A program made the translations under genes and the position numbers. From contig JBQLZK010000052.1 of assembly GCA_052168235.1 (NCBI GenBank), positions 1 through 53,198 of the forward strand: a DNA stretch of 53,198 bases, in the 5' to 3' direction. The first letter of the stretch is position 1, and the number at the start of each line of letters is the position of its first letter. The notes under the pieces were generated by a model. The model did no database searches and was not told where the DNA came from. It saw only the letters and a program-made list of their open reading frames with translations. Source of the stretch: Thainema sp. GTDB lineage: Bacteria; Cyanobacteriota; Cyanobacteriia; Phormidesmidales; Phormidesmidaceae. Of the stretch, positions 52,578 to 53,198 are shown in pieces.

Positions 52578-52997
52578 ATGGCGACTAATCGTCGAGTCGC
52601 TCGTGTAGCCGAACAGGTCAAACGAGAAGTGAGCCAAATGTTGATCTCTGGCATCAAAGATGACCGAGTCGGTTCTGGCATGGTCAGCGTCACACGGGTT
52701 GATATGTCGGGCGATTTGCAACATGCCAAGATTTTTGTCAGCATCTACGGCACCGCTGAGGCCAAGTCGGAAACAATGGCCGGACTAGAGGCCGCCACCG
52801 GGCATGTGCGCCATGAACTCGGCCAGCGAATGCGCCTGCGCCGCACACCGGAAGTCCGCTTTGTGGAAGATCGGGCACTGGAAGAAGGTACGCAGGTAAT
52901 TGACCTACTGAATCAAATCAGCCGCCAACGGGAAGCCAGCGCATCCAATGACGAGGATTTCGAAGATGATTTTGCCACTGACGATTCTGAAGAGTAA
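52578..52997 (+). CDS. rbfA: 30S ribosome-binding factor A
   Basis: [49 protein letters not shown] 52578 follows GAGGA. Confidence 0.95.
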   Translation: MATNRRVARVAEQVKREVSQMLISGIKDDRVGSGMVSVTRVDMSGDLQHAKIFVSIYGTAEAKSETMAGLEAATGHVRHELGQRMRLRRTPEVRFVEDRALEEGTQVIDLLNQISRQREASASNDEDFEDDFATDDSEE

Positions 52998-53003
52998 TTA
53001 CAG

Positions 53004-53035
53004 ATAGCTTGGGTTGAGCAACGCGAAACTCAGCG
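53004..53035 (+). repeat. REP-like element (GTAGGTTGGGTTGAG family), degenerate
   Basis: ATAGCTTGGGTTGAGCAACGCGAAACTCAGCG just after the rbfA stop. Confidence 0.65.
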
Positions 53036-53086
53036 TTTTCAGGTCTTGTAAAATTCACTCACCTGAATCCAATTTACAAATTGCAC

Positions 53087-53146
53087 GATCCCCCTAAATC
53101 CCCCTTAAAAAGGGGGAACTTTGAGCAGGTTCCCCCCTTTTTAAGG
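53087..53146. repeat. Cyanobacterial dispersed palindromic repeat (CCCCCTTAAAAAGGGGG family)
   Basis: GATCCCCCTAAATCCCCCTTAAAAAGGGGGAAC...GTTCCCCCCTTTTTAAGG. Confidence 0.7.
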
Positions 53147-53198
53147 CTAATCCTGTAGGGGTTTGGAAACGGCTGCAGCGCCCTGTTTAACAAAGAAG

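Overview
Cyanobacterial chromosomal window, probably from a filamentous Leptolyngbya-like strain (inference). I counted about 60 copies of the HIP1 octamer GCGATCGC by eye, mostly in the extended form TGCGATCGCA. Most of the window is core or housekeeping content: psaA-psaB, glnB, amt, a clpC paralog, a peptide ABC binding protein, pncB-nadD-nrtR with an NrtR-like box, family-4 UDG, a TM0106 nuclease, pilT plus a KaiB-domain gene, 5-formyl-THF cyclo-ligase, ycf33 and rbfA. Accessory elements are: an AT-rich FHA-GGDEF-EAL gene; an AT-rich DUF4209/HEPN-like gene downstream of psaB split by one frameshift; a CheB-CheR-PAS-HK-REC hybrid between ycf33 and rbfA; an 81-bp palindromic MITE with an 8-bp target-site duplication that interrupts a small ORF; an uncalled 52-aa protein; and several REP-like and short tandem repeat families. 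I saw no rRNA, tRNA, CRISPR array, transposase or integrase. All calls come from motif recognition by eye; no database searches were run.
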